Below the pieces are notes generated by a model. It searched no databases and had not been told where the DNA came from. It worked only from the letters and a program-made list of their open reading frames with translations. DNA of 63,234 bases, the filler included, from Octopus bimaculoides (taxonomy: Eukaryota): assembly GCF_001194135.2 (NCBI RefSeq). It is 5 parts of 5 records of this genome, joined end to end, with 100 filler letters (N's around TTAATTAATTAA, not from the genome) between each part and the next. Parts side by side here need not be neighbours in the genome. Positions count along the whole stretch, not along the records: positions 18,260 to 43,924 come from NC_068983.1; 4 more parts are not named here. One strand, written 5' to 3'. Below, one piece after another: positions 25,336 through 37,179 of the stretch; position 1 is the stretch's first letter; the number at the start of each line of letters is the position of its first letter. Both the position numbers and the translations under genes were made by a program.

Positions 25336-25913
25336 ATCCATAAAATAATGAGCCCCAACCCGGCGAATCGTTCCTTCCATTGAGATATCTTCAGTAGAGA
25401 GAAACAACCTGCTGTAGCCAACAGTTCAACAAAACATATCAATAACTCCGCCGAATTTCGTCCAGTTTTCTTCGTGAACAAAAAATAATTTTAAATAAAC
25501 TGCTCTTTTCTGAAATACAAACAGCTTCTCTGAAATTTGTAATGTATAGAGAACATACCTTAAGCATTCACTCATCTCGTTCAGTCACCTCTACAAACCC
25601 AACCGACTTATATTATTTCCCTTATATAACCAATACCCCTGTCCGCTTTTCTCTTACCGCCAAGTTTTTGTAAGTATCTGTGTTGTGTGTATAGATTTAA
25701 ACTGAAGAGTTATCTAGTTAGAAACCACGAGTAAACTTCTGATGGGAACCAAACTATCTGTTATTGTGGAACTTGATTAAAAACAACCAAAGTTGTGCCA
25801 ACTACTTTGGCACAACTTCAACAATATAGGTTTGTGTGTGTGAGTTCGTATGCATTTGTGGTTGAGTATATGTATTTGTAATTGAGTGTGTGTGTGTATG
25901 TATATATATATAC

Positions 25914-25958
<45 letters not shown>

Positions 25959-26439
25959 TATGTTGGTCTGTATGTGTGGTGTGTGTGCGTGTGAATGAGA
26001 GAATGTTACTGTTCGCACTCAAGTGTTTGTGTTTGAGTGTCTGTGTGATTGGGTATTTGAGCGTGAGCGTGTATGTGTGTGCTTGTGTGTGCCATTATTA
26101 GTATATAAACGCTTGTAAGTACTAAACACACACATACGTACATGTATATCTACAAACACTTAAGCATATATATGAATTTCAATGTGATATATAATATATA
26201 TACAAATGTCTTTCCCTCCCTCTCTTGTGCGTGTATGCGTGTGCGTGTGCGTGTATGCGTGTGCGTGTATGCGTGTGCGTGTATGCGTGCGCGTTTCTGT
26301 ATATGCATATTAGTGTGTGTGTGTATCTGTATATACATGTCTATGTTTATGTTTTCGTACAAAACTTAACAGTGCCAATACTGAATTGCGGTGTAGATGT
26401 GTCGGTTCCACAAATATATACATTGATACTTTATTTAAC

Positions 26440-26510
<71 letters not shown>

Positions 26511-26892
26511 TTCATAGCATACACATACACGAACGGAAGCACATGCATACACATACCAATAATTATATCACTGTTTATTTGTCTTTTAATGGGTTTGTTG
26601 CATTGGTGCGCGAATGTGTTTCCGTGTATGTCTGTTTGTATGCTTTCCTGAGTGCGATTATGTCTCTAATGAAAAAGAGGGAATAACGATAAAAAAAAAA
26701 TCAGTGGTGTTCCAATTTGGCAAACATACTTAGAGGTAGATATCGGTAACATTTTTGTAGGGTGGTGTTGTTTAGGAGGGTAGTGGGGTACATTATCTCA
26801 AGGTGGTCTTTCAGGCTAATATATATAGTATATATGCTATATATAGTATATATAGGCATGCACATGTATGTGTGTATATATGCATATATATA

Positions 26893-26957
<65 letters not shown>

Positions 26958-27320
26958 TATATATATATATATATATATATGGCGGTGCTCTAGCATGGCC
27001 GCAATCAAATGACTGAAACAAGAGTAAAAGAATATCTACATATATATTATGTAGATACATAAATATANNNNNNNNNNNNNNNNNNNNNNNNNNNNNNNNN
27101 NNNNNNNNNNNNNNNNNNNNNNNNNNNNNNNNNNNNNNNNNNNNNNNNNNNNNNNNNNNNNNNNNNNNNNNNNNNNNNNNNNNNNNNNNNNNNNNNNNNN
27201 NNNNNNNNNNNNNNNNNNNNNNNNNNNNNNNNNNNNNNNNNNNNNNNNNNNNNNNNNNNNNNNNNNNNNNNNNNNNNNNNNNNNNNNNATATATATGCAT
27301 GTGTGTGTGCGCGTGCGTAC

Positions 27321-27364
<44 letters not shown>

Positions 27365-28761
27365 CTGTGGATGTGCGTTTGTGCATGTAACTATGTATGC
27401 ATAACAATTATCTATAATTTAATCGGCTAAGACATTTCAAAATTATGACGAATGGAAAATAACTCAGACGAACGTTCCCTTCTGTATGCATAAAAATACG
27501 GTAAGGTCATACACACACACACATGTATGTATATATGTGTATGTATCTGTGTGCCTATGTATGCATGTATATGTATATACAGTTGGCTGAGAAACGTCAT
27601 ACAACTGAATTTATGCAAGGAATTAGAAGATAAAAAGGAACTCCTATAATTTTCAGACAATACAGGCAATGGAAATTGAATTGGAGATACTCTTCAATGA
27701 TCCATTCCAACTTGTATTGTCCATATTGTCTAAAAAATTGAACTCAGCGTCATCTCTTTTGTTTGCCGTTTCTAGAATCCAGGCACAGCTAGAGGGAGTT
27801 TTTGTTTTCTAATTGTTCGTATAATTTCAGTTAATCGAAGTTTCTATTCCACTTTATTGCATATTATCGGATAAGCTTCGCAGGTCTAAAACCTTTCAAG
27901 GCACGCTTGTCCCACAACGGCTTGCCAACAACACCATCGAGAGTTGAGGGCTAAAGGCAAGATAAGGAATATCCCTATAGTAAAAAAAGGATTATCTATG
28001 CGTGTTTATTTTCGGTATGACTGATACGACTGACTGCTTCAGTTACAAATTGACAGAGGGGTATGGGATTGGAGAGAGAGAGAGAGAGAGAGAGNNNNNN
28101 NNNNNNNNNNNNNNNNNNNNNNNNNNNNNNNNNNNNNNNNNNNNNNNNNNNNNNNNNNNNNNNNNNNNNNNNNNNNNNNNNNNNNNNNNNNNNNNNNNNN
28201 NNNNNNNNNNNNNNNNNNNNNNNNNNNNNNNNNNNNNNNNNNNNNNNNNNNNNNNNNNNNNNNNNNNNNNNNNNNNNNNNNNNNNNNNNNNNNNNNNNNN
28301 NNNNNNNNNNNNNNNNNNNNNNNNNNNNNNNNNNNNNNNNNNNNNNNNNNNNNNNNNNNNNNNNNNNNNNNNNNNNNNNNNNNNNNNNNNNNNNNNNNNN
28401 NNNNNNNNNNNNNNNNNNNNNNNNNNNNNNNNNNNNNNNNNNNNNNNNNNNNNNNNNNNNNNNNNNNNNNNNNNNNNNNNNNNNNNNNNNNNNNNNNNNN
28501 NNNNNNNNNNNNNNNNNNNNNNNNNNNNNNNNNNNNNNNNNNNNNNNNNNNNNNNNNNNNNNNNNNNNNNNNNNNNNNNNNNNNNNNNNNNNNNNNNNNN
28601 NNNNNNNNNNNNNNNNNNNNNNNNNNNNNNNNNNNNNNNNNNNNNNNNNNNNNNNNNNNNNNNNNNNNNNNNNNNNNNNNNNNNNNNNNNNNNNNNNNNN
28701 NNNNNNNNNNNNNNNNNNNNNNNNNNNNNNNNNNNNNNNNNNNNNNNNNNNNNNNNNNNNN

Positions 28762-29152
28762 NGTGGAGAAAGAGAGAGAGGGAGTGGAGAGAGAGAGGGA
28801 GTGGAGAGAGAGAGAGGGAGTGGAGAGAGAGAGGGAGTGGAGAGAGAGAGGGAGTGGAGAGAGAGACAGACAAGGAGACAGAGAAAGGGAGAGTGAGAGA
28901 GTGCGAGAGAGAGAGAGAGACAGATAGAACAGAGAGAGACAAAGAGGGTCAGAGACAGAGACAGAGACAGAGACAGAGACAGAGAGAGACAGAGACAGAC
29001 AGACAGACAGACAGAGACAAACAGAGACAGAGACAGGGAGAGATAGACAGACAGATAGACAGAGACAGAAACAGAGAGACAGAGAAACAGATAGACAGAG
29101 AGAGACAAGGAGAAAGTAAGATAGAGAGGGAGAGAGGGAGAGAGGGAGAGAG
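28762..29152. repeat. GGGAGTGGA(GA)n minisatellite and (GAGACA)n/(GACA)n arrays between gaps
   Basis: Direct reading. Confidence 0.9.
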
Positions 29153-29581
29153 NNNNNNNNNNNNNNNNNNNNNNNNNNNNNNNNNNNNNNNNNNNNNNNN
29201 NNNNNNNNNNNNNNNNNNNNNNNNNNNNNNNNNNNNNNNNNNNNNNNNNNNNNNNNNNNNNNNNNNNNNNNNNNNNNNNNNNNNNNNNNNNNNNNNNNNN
29301 NNNNNNNNNNNNNNNNNNNNNNNNNNNNNNNNNNNNNNNNNNNNNNNNNNNNNNNNNNNNNNNNNNNNNNNNNNNNNNNNNNNNNNNNNNNNNNNNNNNN
29401 NNNNNNNNNNNNNNNNNNNNNNNNNNNNNNNNNNNNNNNNNNNNNNNNNNNNNNNNNNNNNNNNNNNNNNNNNNNNNNNNNNNNNNNNNNNNNNNNNNNN
29501 NNNNNNNNNNNNNNNNNNNNNNNNNNNNNNNNNNNNNNNNNNNNNNNNNNNNNNNNNNNNNNNNNNNNNGAGAGAGAGAGG

Positions 29582-29619
<38 letters not shown>

Positions 29620-30964
29620 AAGGAAGCTGGAGAGTGGCTTAAGATTGTAGGAGGAATGGGGTAAAAATGTTTAAAGGAGACGTTGTTCAAAAAATGAGAG
29701 AAGAGATCGTGAAAAAAAAAAAAGCTTAGAAAGTAAGAGAGCATTAGGAATTTTAGAACTTTCAATTATATGAATGATGAGATTGTCAGTTAATGGTTAT
29801 TCGCAATGACGAACTAAGTTTTCATAAGTTAAAACTTATGAAAACTAAGAAAACTGCATCGGAGGCGTATGAGGTAAAAAAAATGGCGGTTGTTTAGTCG
29901 TAACTTCCCCTCGCTTTGGCTAGATTTAATTCGTGACTTTTTTCAGTCGATATTTATGCAACTGTGTTGTTTAAAGTATTTTTGAAAATATTCAAGCACT
30001 GATAATTTCATTGGATTTATGTTTATAAAATCGTTTTGTCTAAGATATTCTTTAAAAGGTATTTTTTAAAAATCTATATTTTCTTACAGATATTTTATCG
30101 TTTTTCGCATATTTTGCTCTCAGAAAAATATTTATCTTTGTCATGGAATAGTGGAGTGGGTATGGGCTAAGTGATAAGCTTATTATTGACGTTGAGATTA
30201 AAGTTAGGTATGATGGCTATTAACTCTTTCTTTATATAAATGTAATAAGATTTCCTGTAAAATAATTAAAAAATTCAAAAGAACTGGATCAGTGGGTATT
30301 ATGATTCCTTGTCGTACTGTTATTCAGAAACGTTTATATTTGCTTATATCTTACGTAAAACAGATCGCTGATTTATTAAGCACAACGATAGACAATTTTT
30401 ATATAATATAAAGGAATATAAAATCGAGTTCACACACATACACAAGCACACACACACACACATACACACACACTCATACATATGTACGTGTATGTTATTA
30501 AACACACACACATACATTTAAAAGTAAATAATTTTGCATTAACGTATGAATAATGGTTAGCTTTGTTTTGTGTTACCTTACTTTGCTTTCTGTGTTAAAC
30601 GTTATTTGATAAATGTTTTAACAATTCAATATATTTCATATATATTTTGTGAAAGGATGTAAAGATAAAATCCGAATGTTTATTTAGTAAAGAAATTTTA
30701 GAGAACAAAATAGCTCGTAGACGTCCGAGTACGTTACATAGCTAGGTGGAGTGTCTATATGGTTTGGAGAGTCACATTAATTTCCATTTCTATCAAAGTT
30801 TATATTATTTTGAAAGCTGCAGATAAATTTTGATAAAGCTTTGCGTTAGCTTTAAGTTGATTTCGGAATAAACAACAATGTTAAGCATGTTGAATTTTAA
30901 CTGAGTCCGATGTTAATCCAATATAGGATTTTGAGACAGTATTAATAGAAGAGGATATAGACTA

Positions 30965-31460
30965 CACGATAGAAAAATGGGCAACAGCGTTACAGCGTAT
31001 GCGTTCCATCTGATATGAAATTACATCTATGTAACTCCATCTTTCTGCCCACTGCAAACTAAGCCAGTGAGACTTGGAAGAGCACATTAAGGACGGAAGA
31101 AAGTTAAATATATTTCTTCAAGGGTGCCCCAGAAAGATCCTGGGGATCAACTAGCGGGACCGTGTCAAAAACTGAAGAGATTCTCAGAGGAGCGAAGTCA
31201 CGAACGCTGCATGAGATTGTGACAGACTGCCGGTTCCGTCTGATTGGCCACATTCTTCGTCTAGCTAATCAAAGGAACTCGAAAACAAATATGACTCAGG
31301 CACAATCTGACGGTAGGCGTAACAGAGGCAGGACGAAGATCAGTTGACTGCAGACATTTCAAGATAACTTGAAGACACTCAACATTACGAGGAATGGATA
31401 TGCGAAAGTAGAAGCCGACTGAATGCGTCTAATGCGCTGAGCAGTATAAAAGGGCCTAAT
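30965..31460 (+). mobile_element. RTE-clade LINE 3' fragment
   Basis: ALQRMRSI*...IFLPTAN*ASETWKST...LRKILGI-like...EEILRGAKSRTLHEIVTDCRFRLIGHILRL...GRRNRGRTKIS*LQTFQDNLK matches the RTE RT C-terminus (ETW, GHxLR, GxRxRGRP). Confidence 0.85.
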
Positions 31461-31967
31461 TGGTATTTACAGAGGCACATTAAATAATTCCTTTGGATGT
31501 ATATTGATTTTCAATGAGACATCCTTCCTTGTCTTAATAATGTTAGGATGTATATTTTTGAGGATTAGTCTAATAATATAATTTATCTGTTGAAATTAAA
31601 TAATGCTTATCCGATATTCAGCCTGATGGAATATGATACATTCACATAACATTTGTCGATAAATTCATATTTATAGTTAAGTAGAAAATATTATGTAGCA
31701 GTTAAAGAAGATTTCTTTTGCTCGTCGATCAAGCCGTGTTGGTTAAATGGAGGGTTGTACCATTTAATTTTTCTATTCTTGAGTGTGTGTATACCTGTTT
31801 GAATAAGGTAGCGGAATGTCGTTTGTCCGTAAATCCGCTGCATTTTAAGACGTCATTGAACTAATTTAATTGGAGTCATCATTGAAAATAACCTCATTAC
31901 CAGAGAACTTATAAATAGGTATATATATCTATATATGTGTGTGTTTTTGCGTGTATGTATATGTATG

Positions 31968-32271
31968 TCAATATTCAAGATTTCTTGCCAATAGAGAAAC
32001 AGCCGGTTTCTTACCTAGATCCAAGGCTCCTTTATTGGGATTTCAACAATATCTACAGGAATTTTTGCATGTATGTACGTACGTATGCATGTATGTATGT
32101 ATGTATGTATGTATGTATGTATGTATGTACACGTACAGATTTGTATGTTTTTTAATGTACGCCTTCTCATACTTGCATGTCTTGACATGCTCATATATAC
32201 TTAAATGATAAACTTTTCCAAAGTTTTACAAATTTTTACAGTTTCATTGATGGCTTGGATCTGTAGTCTTC
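31968..32271 (-). mobile_element. Extreme 3' end of R4-like copy B (last codons plus putative 3' UTR)
   Basis: Minus strand RRLQIQAINETVKICKTLEKFII* (stop at 32201-32203) continues the frame broken at 34185. The following sequence contains a (TACA)n run and ends in TACA-like repeats. The UTR extent is inferred. Confidence 0.8.
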
Positions 32272-32411
32272 TGTTGTGGTGAAAGTACGACACTCTCTGA
32301 CGAGAATAAACGGAGCCGCTACATATAAATAGTAGCGGTCTGACGTAGTCGGCAGTTCGTATTATGGTCTTCGAAGTCCAGGTACAGTTTACAGTTCGAG
32401 TTAGTGTGTTG
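32272..32411 (+). repeat. 5' LTR, truncated by an internal deletion
   Basis: Matches 33905-34041. Similarity stops at GTTAGTGTGTTG. Confidence 0.9.
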
Positions 32412-33496
32412 CTATCAATTTATGGGTCAAAGAAAGGGTTACCTCTCCATACAACGAACCGACTACAACATTGGGGTATAATATTACTAAATTACAATTT
32501 CAAAATGCAGTATATTCCATCGAAAAAAAATGGTCATGCAGACTGTCTATCGAGACTAATTCCCCAAAATACGGAACCACTAGAAGATACTGTGATAGCC
32601 GCACTGCAGGCTGAAAATGAAATAAAAAGTATTATGACTAATGTTATCTAAGAACTGCCAGTGACTGCACAGGATATGAGAATGAAATCTGTAGGTGGTG
32701 AGTATATTACAAAATTAAGAGAAGCTTTAAAAAATAAGGAGAATAAAAATACAAATTCGAGTAATTTCTCAATATGCGACGATATTCTGATGTATGCGCA
32801 AAGAGTTGTAGTACCGACAGCATTACAAAAACGTGTATTGCTAGAATTCCGCCGCGGATACCCGAAAATGTCGAGGATGAAAGCTCTGATGAGGTGTTAC
32901 GTCTATTGGCCGACTATGGACCAGGGTATCGAAAATTTGGTGAGAAACTGTCAAGATTGCGCGCTCGCGGCCAAAGCCCCGCCGGTAAATATCAATTGTT
33001 GCCGGAGACTGAGAACACATTGTCTAAGTTACATGTTGACTATGCCAGACCAGTGAACAGTGCTTACTATCTAATCGTGGTAGACAGCTGTACAAAGTGG
33101 CCAAAGGTGTGCAGGTGCAATAAGCCAACTGCTAAGACAACTATAAAGTTCCTATATGAATTGTTTACGCGATACGGTGTTCCGAACACGTTAGTTTCTG
33201 ATAATGGAACGCAATTCTCGGGATATGAATTCAAGAACTTCTGCAAAATGCATGTGGTAAAGCATATTTTCAATCCACCTTACCACCCGAGGTCAAATGG
33301 GCAGGTAGAAAGATTTGTGGACACGTTAAAAAAAAAAGCGTTAAGAAAAACTAGGAATGAATTAAGTAACGACGAAGAGCTAACAAAATTCTTAAGGATA
33401 TATAGAGTAACCCCCAATCCAAGTACAAATTCAGGGAAGTTACCCGCAGAGTTGGTGTTCGCGAGAAGAATAAAATCGATTTTTGATAAGTTATAG
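32412..33496 (+). pseudogene. gypsy pol remnant: RNase H tail, zinc-binding region and integrase core
   Basis: LLSIYGSKKGLPLHTTNRLQHWGIILLNY...HADCLSRL; RVVVP...RMKALMRCYVYWPTMDQGIENLVRNCQDC; LHVDYARP...LIVVDSCTKWP...VSDNGTQF...PYHPRSNGQVERF. Stop and frameshift present. Confidence 0.95.
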
Positions 33497-33904
33497 CCAG
33501 AGAAAAAAAAAGATGTAAAGGAAATACGAAGGATGCAACGAAATATTTCGAAGTAGGAGATAAAGTGCATTTAAAAACCTACAGAAATGGTAAAGAAGGA
33601 AGTATGATGTAACTAATTAAAGGACCACGCTGTGAACATAAGAGACACATAAATCAGCTAAAGAAGAGACAACGAAGAACGGAGAAAAACTTCTATGGAA
33701 GTATTTTTTGACGTATTCTATGTCCCAGCATCGAAAGTAATGGAATCTCGTAGAACCAGCATGAGAAAACGAAAGCAGACTGAACACCTTGAGATCAGGC
33801 CCAAGCGAAAAGATACTAAAAAGTAATAATAATAAATAAAATTTATTTCTCTATATAAAATTTCTCTAAATTAAGATTTTTTCTCAAAATCTTAAAAGGG
33901 GAGA

Positions 33905-34184
33905 TGTGGTGAGAGTACGACACCCTCTGACGAAAATAAACGGAACCACTACATATAAATAGTAGCAGTCTGACGTTGTCGGCAGTTCGTAATTTGGTCT
34001 TCGAAGTCTAGGTACAGTTTTCAGTTCGAGTTAGTGTGTTGGAAATATTGATTGTTGGTTCGTTACGTGTTTGTTACTGCTGCTGTTTCTACTTTGTATT
34101 ATTATAATACTGTTACAGTGTATTCTTTATCTATCGTCGACAATATCAACCGTACTACGATAGTGGAGGCGTCTGGATATTACA
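33905..34184 (+). repeat. 3' LTR (about 280 bp, TG...CA)
   Basis: Starts TGTGG after the PPT. The end is placed at TATTACA, where R4 coding sequence resumes. Boundaries are uncertain by a few bp. Confidence 0.8.
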
Positions 34185-35444
34185 TTTTCGAATCAGCTTT
34201 CTCCTTTCTGGTTTTGAGAAGCATAATTTCTCAAGATTGGTATTTAGGCAGTGTGTTACGTATCCCAGTGCCCTAATAATTATAGGTATAAACCTGAAGT
34301 TATAATCTGGATAGAGTAACAGAAGATTTCTCAATAGCTCAGCGTAGGTGTTTTTTTTTTCTCACTGATCTTCAGTTTCATGTTAAATTTCGCTGGACAG
34401 CTGATTTCCACAATTGTACACAGTTTCTCTTCTCTATCCCATATCATTATATCAGATTTATTGTGCTTAAATTTTATTGAGGTTTTCACTGGGAAATTCC
34501 ACCAGTACTCCTTTTTATTATGAGTAGCTATGGCTTCTACCATACTATGGGTTCTTATTTCTTTAGCCTCGAAGTTATCCTTCCGACAGGTTTCAATATA
34601 TAGTGTCCTAGCTACATCATGTCTCATCTGTAGATAATACTGTGATGACATTTTTGGACAACTGCTTATGATGTGAGTGATATCGTCGGTGTTAACTCCA
34701 CAAAATCTGCATCGGTTGTCACATTTTACTGCTTTTCCTGCATTTTGTCCCTTTTGTGCATCAGGTATTTGGTTGATATTTCCTGTTCCTGGATCGAAAA
34801 CGCATATTCTTCAAAGTGGGAGGTAGTAATCTGGTTATTGTTCCATGATAAACTGCTTTGATGATCGATGTTACTATCATTACTATCGTGGTCTTCTGCT
34901 CATATACGCTCATCCTTTTATCAGATGATATGCTGCAGTAGAGTCGTGCGAGTTCTTTGGGCATGTATTTAAGGTTATCACACAAGGAACGCCGCTCAAA
35001 GAGCAGCCTTCCAAGTCTTATGATGTTGTCAGCCTCATGTATACAAACTTGGTCAATGGAAGCACTTTGACACTCAATTGTGAAAAGATGTTGCCGAAGG
35101 GATATGATACGATATTCGAAGGCAGTTTGGATCGACGTTAAGCCGCTGCCGCCTTGTTTTCGTTTGAGATAGAGGTGGTCTACGTCACTGTTGATGTAGA
35201 AATTATGTATATTTGTTAATGTCTTCGGGGTTTTCACATCAATGGCTCGGATCTCATTAAATGTCCAATCAAGCAGCCCAAATATTGATATGAGTACTGG
35301 CACTGCAAACACATTGTGGGCCACTCTTTTATTGAATGCAGAGAGTTCCGAGGTCCAACTTTTCTTTATTTGGCTACGATATTCTTTAGCGAGACTTGTT
35401 TTGTTACAGGCGCCATTATAAGATATGCTTTCATCTACCCCTAG
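34185..35444 (-). mobile_element. R4/Dong-like LINE copy B, 5'-truncated: RT thumb, CCHC and RLE
   Basis: LGVDESISYNG...SELSAFNK...NVFAVPVL...SDVDHLYLKRKQGGSGL; KCDNRCRFCGVNTDDITHIISSCPKMSSQYYLQMRHD; HNKSDIMIWD...IVEISCP; FIPIII.ALGYV. The 5' end abuts (TATG)n at 35445-35552. Confidence 0.92.
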
Positions 35445-35488
35445 TATGTATGTATGTTTGTATGTATGTATGTATGTATATATGTATG

Positions 35489-35522
<34 letters not shown>

Positions 35523-35762
35523 TGTATGTATGTATGTATGCATGTATGTATGTACTATTTTAGACTGAACTACTGGGAAAAGATATGGAAATCTCTGATG
35601 AATTAATAACAAGATTAGCTAAAATATATTTTGGGTGGTTTGAAAAATTACCAATGTATTAGGTTTCTTAAATGGCGGAAAATGCCTGTTGTTAAGATTT
35701 ACGGTAACGTCGTCATAATTTTTATATCTTGAAGTTGGATTTCACTACTATTTTAGACTGAA

Positions 35763-35982
35763 CTACTGGAAAAAGATATGGAAATCTCTAATGAATTTTT
35801 CAGTCTGTTGGGTATTATGATATCTGCGTTTTAATAGTAATAATCTCTGCGTAGACCCCTGAGAATGTAAAGAATCTTTAGGATAGCAATTTAGCATATC
35901 AACTCCTACTATATCGGTTATCTCAATCGAGTCTTTATTCCTTGTACAACGACAGACGTCAGATTTGTTTTCTTCAATCCAG
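35763..35982 (-). CDS. Candidate host exon, possibly PH-domain-like
   Basis: Part of a 79-aa ORF of ordinary composition that I could not assign to a transposon. Acceptor TTTTGGTCTATCTTAATAG. SIEITDIVGVD resembles PH-fold strands. No convincing donor. Confidence 0.25.
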
Positions 35983-36529
35983 GCACTATTAAGATAGACC
36001 AAAATAGATTTTCAAGCGTGAAATATAATTTCATTCCCTGGTTTCGATATGGATGAAAATATTTTAATGTCATTGACTGCACAGTTTAAGGGAATTTTTG
36101 GATTGAAGGATAGCAGTCTTTCATGTTATACTAGACAAAATAGTAGTTATCTCTGATAAGGAAGGATTGAACCGAAGTAATTACAGAATTAAAGTTTTTT
36201 GAGGGATAAATTTGAGGTTAATTTAATCATGGATATCAATATTATTTTGTCCAAAATATACAAACTAATAATATCAATATCTGTTTGTGGGACAATAAGA
36301 TTTTTGAAAAGGTTATTCGCGAAAATATATTTGTGAATATTTAGGCTTAATGTGAATTAATAATAATTTTTTAAAGAATTTATTAAACAAATAGATTATA
36401 TAGACATTAACCCAATGATATGAACACCAATTATATATTATATAATGAGTCCTTGAATTGAAACACTTTATTACGTAAACATTGCCATGATAAAGTGAAG
36501 AATGAAGGTTAATGATAGCCATATGATGT

Positions 36530-36579
<50 letters not shown>

Positions 36580-36901
36580 AGAAGCAGACGGAGAACGACG
36601 ACGGCGAGAAGAAGAAGAAGAAGAAGAAGAAGATTATGATGATGATGATGATGAAGAAGAAGATGAAGAACAATAACAACAACAACAGCAACAACAACAA
36701 CAACGAACGAGGAGGAGGGAGAAGAAGAAGAAGAAGAAGAAGAAGAAGAAGAAGAAGAAGAAGAAGNNNNNNNNNNAAGAAGAAGAAGATTATGATGATG
36801 ATGATGATGAAGAAGAAGATGAAGAACAATAACAACAACAACAGCAACAACAACAACAACGAACGAGGAGGAGGGAGAAGAAGAAGAAGAAGAAGAAGAA
36901 G

Positions 36902-36931
<30 letters not shown>
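36530..36931. repeat. Compound trinucleotide array (TAC/GAA/GAT/CAA/GGA), duplicated across a 10-N gap
   Basis: An identical block of about 150 bp lies on either side of the gap at 36767-36776. Confidence 0.9.
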
Positions 36932-36932
<1 letters not shown>

Positions 36933-37179
36933 CAATGTTTGAAACAATATGTCACATAGTATAAAGATGTGCAGTGGCATTTATAAAATCAATTCCATGA
37001 TATTCTTATGAACATCCATCTTTGAAAATGACGACGCGAATTTGCAATGTCAACAGTAAAAGAAATAGGGACAGGAGATGGTTGGCTATGGATGAGAGAG
37101 TGTTAACAAAAACAAGAGAACAGGCTTAAAATGAATCGTGATCCTGCTACAAATATAGGATGGATTCTGTTGGGAAATT

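Larger units (their letters stand above)
32272..34184 (+). mobile_element. Internally deleted Ty3/gypsy LTR retrotransposon
   Basis: Two direct repeats (about 11 mismatches in 137 bp), a polypurine tract AAAAGGGGAGA before the 3' LTR, and RNase H and integrase remnants between them. Confidence 0.95.

Noticed and set aside
34101-34121. Alternative 3' LTR end with a CTGT target duplication
   Set aside because: It leaves about 70 bp unexplained before R4 coding resumes. The end at 34184 restores the R4 frame.
36607-36931. Tandem duplication of a compound trinucleotide block encoding poly-M/K/N/R
   Set aside because: The copies are identical and separated by a 10-N gap, so this is most likely an unmerged contig overlap.
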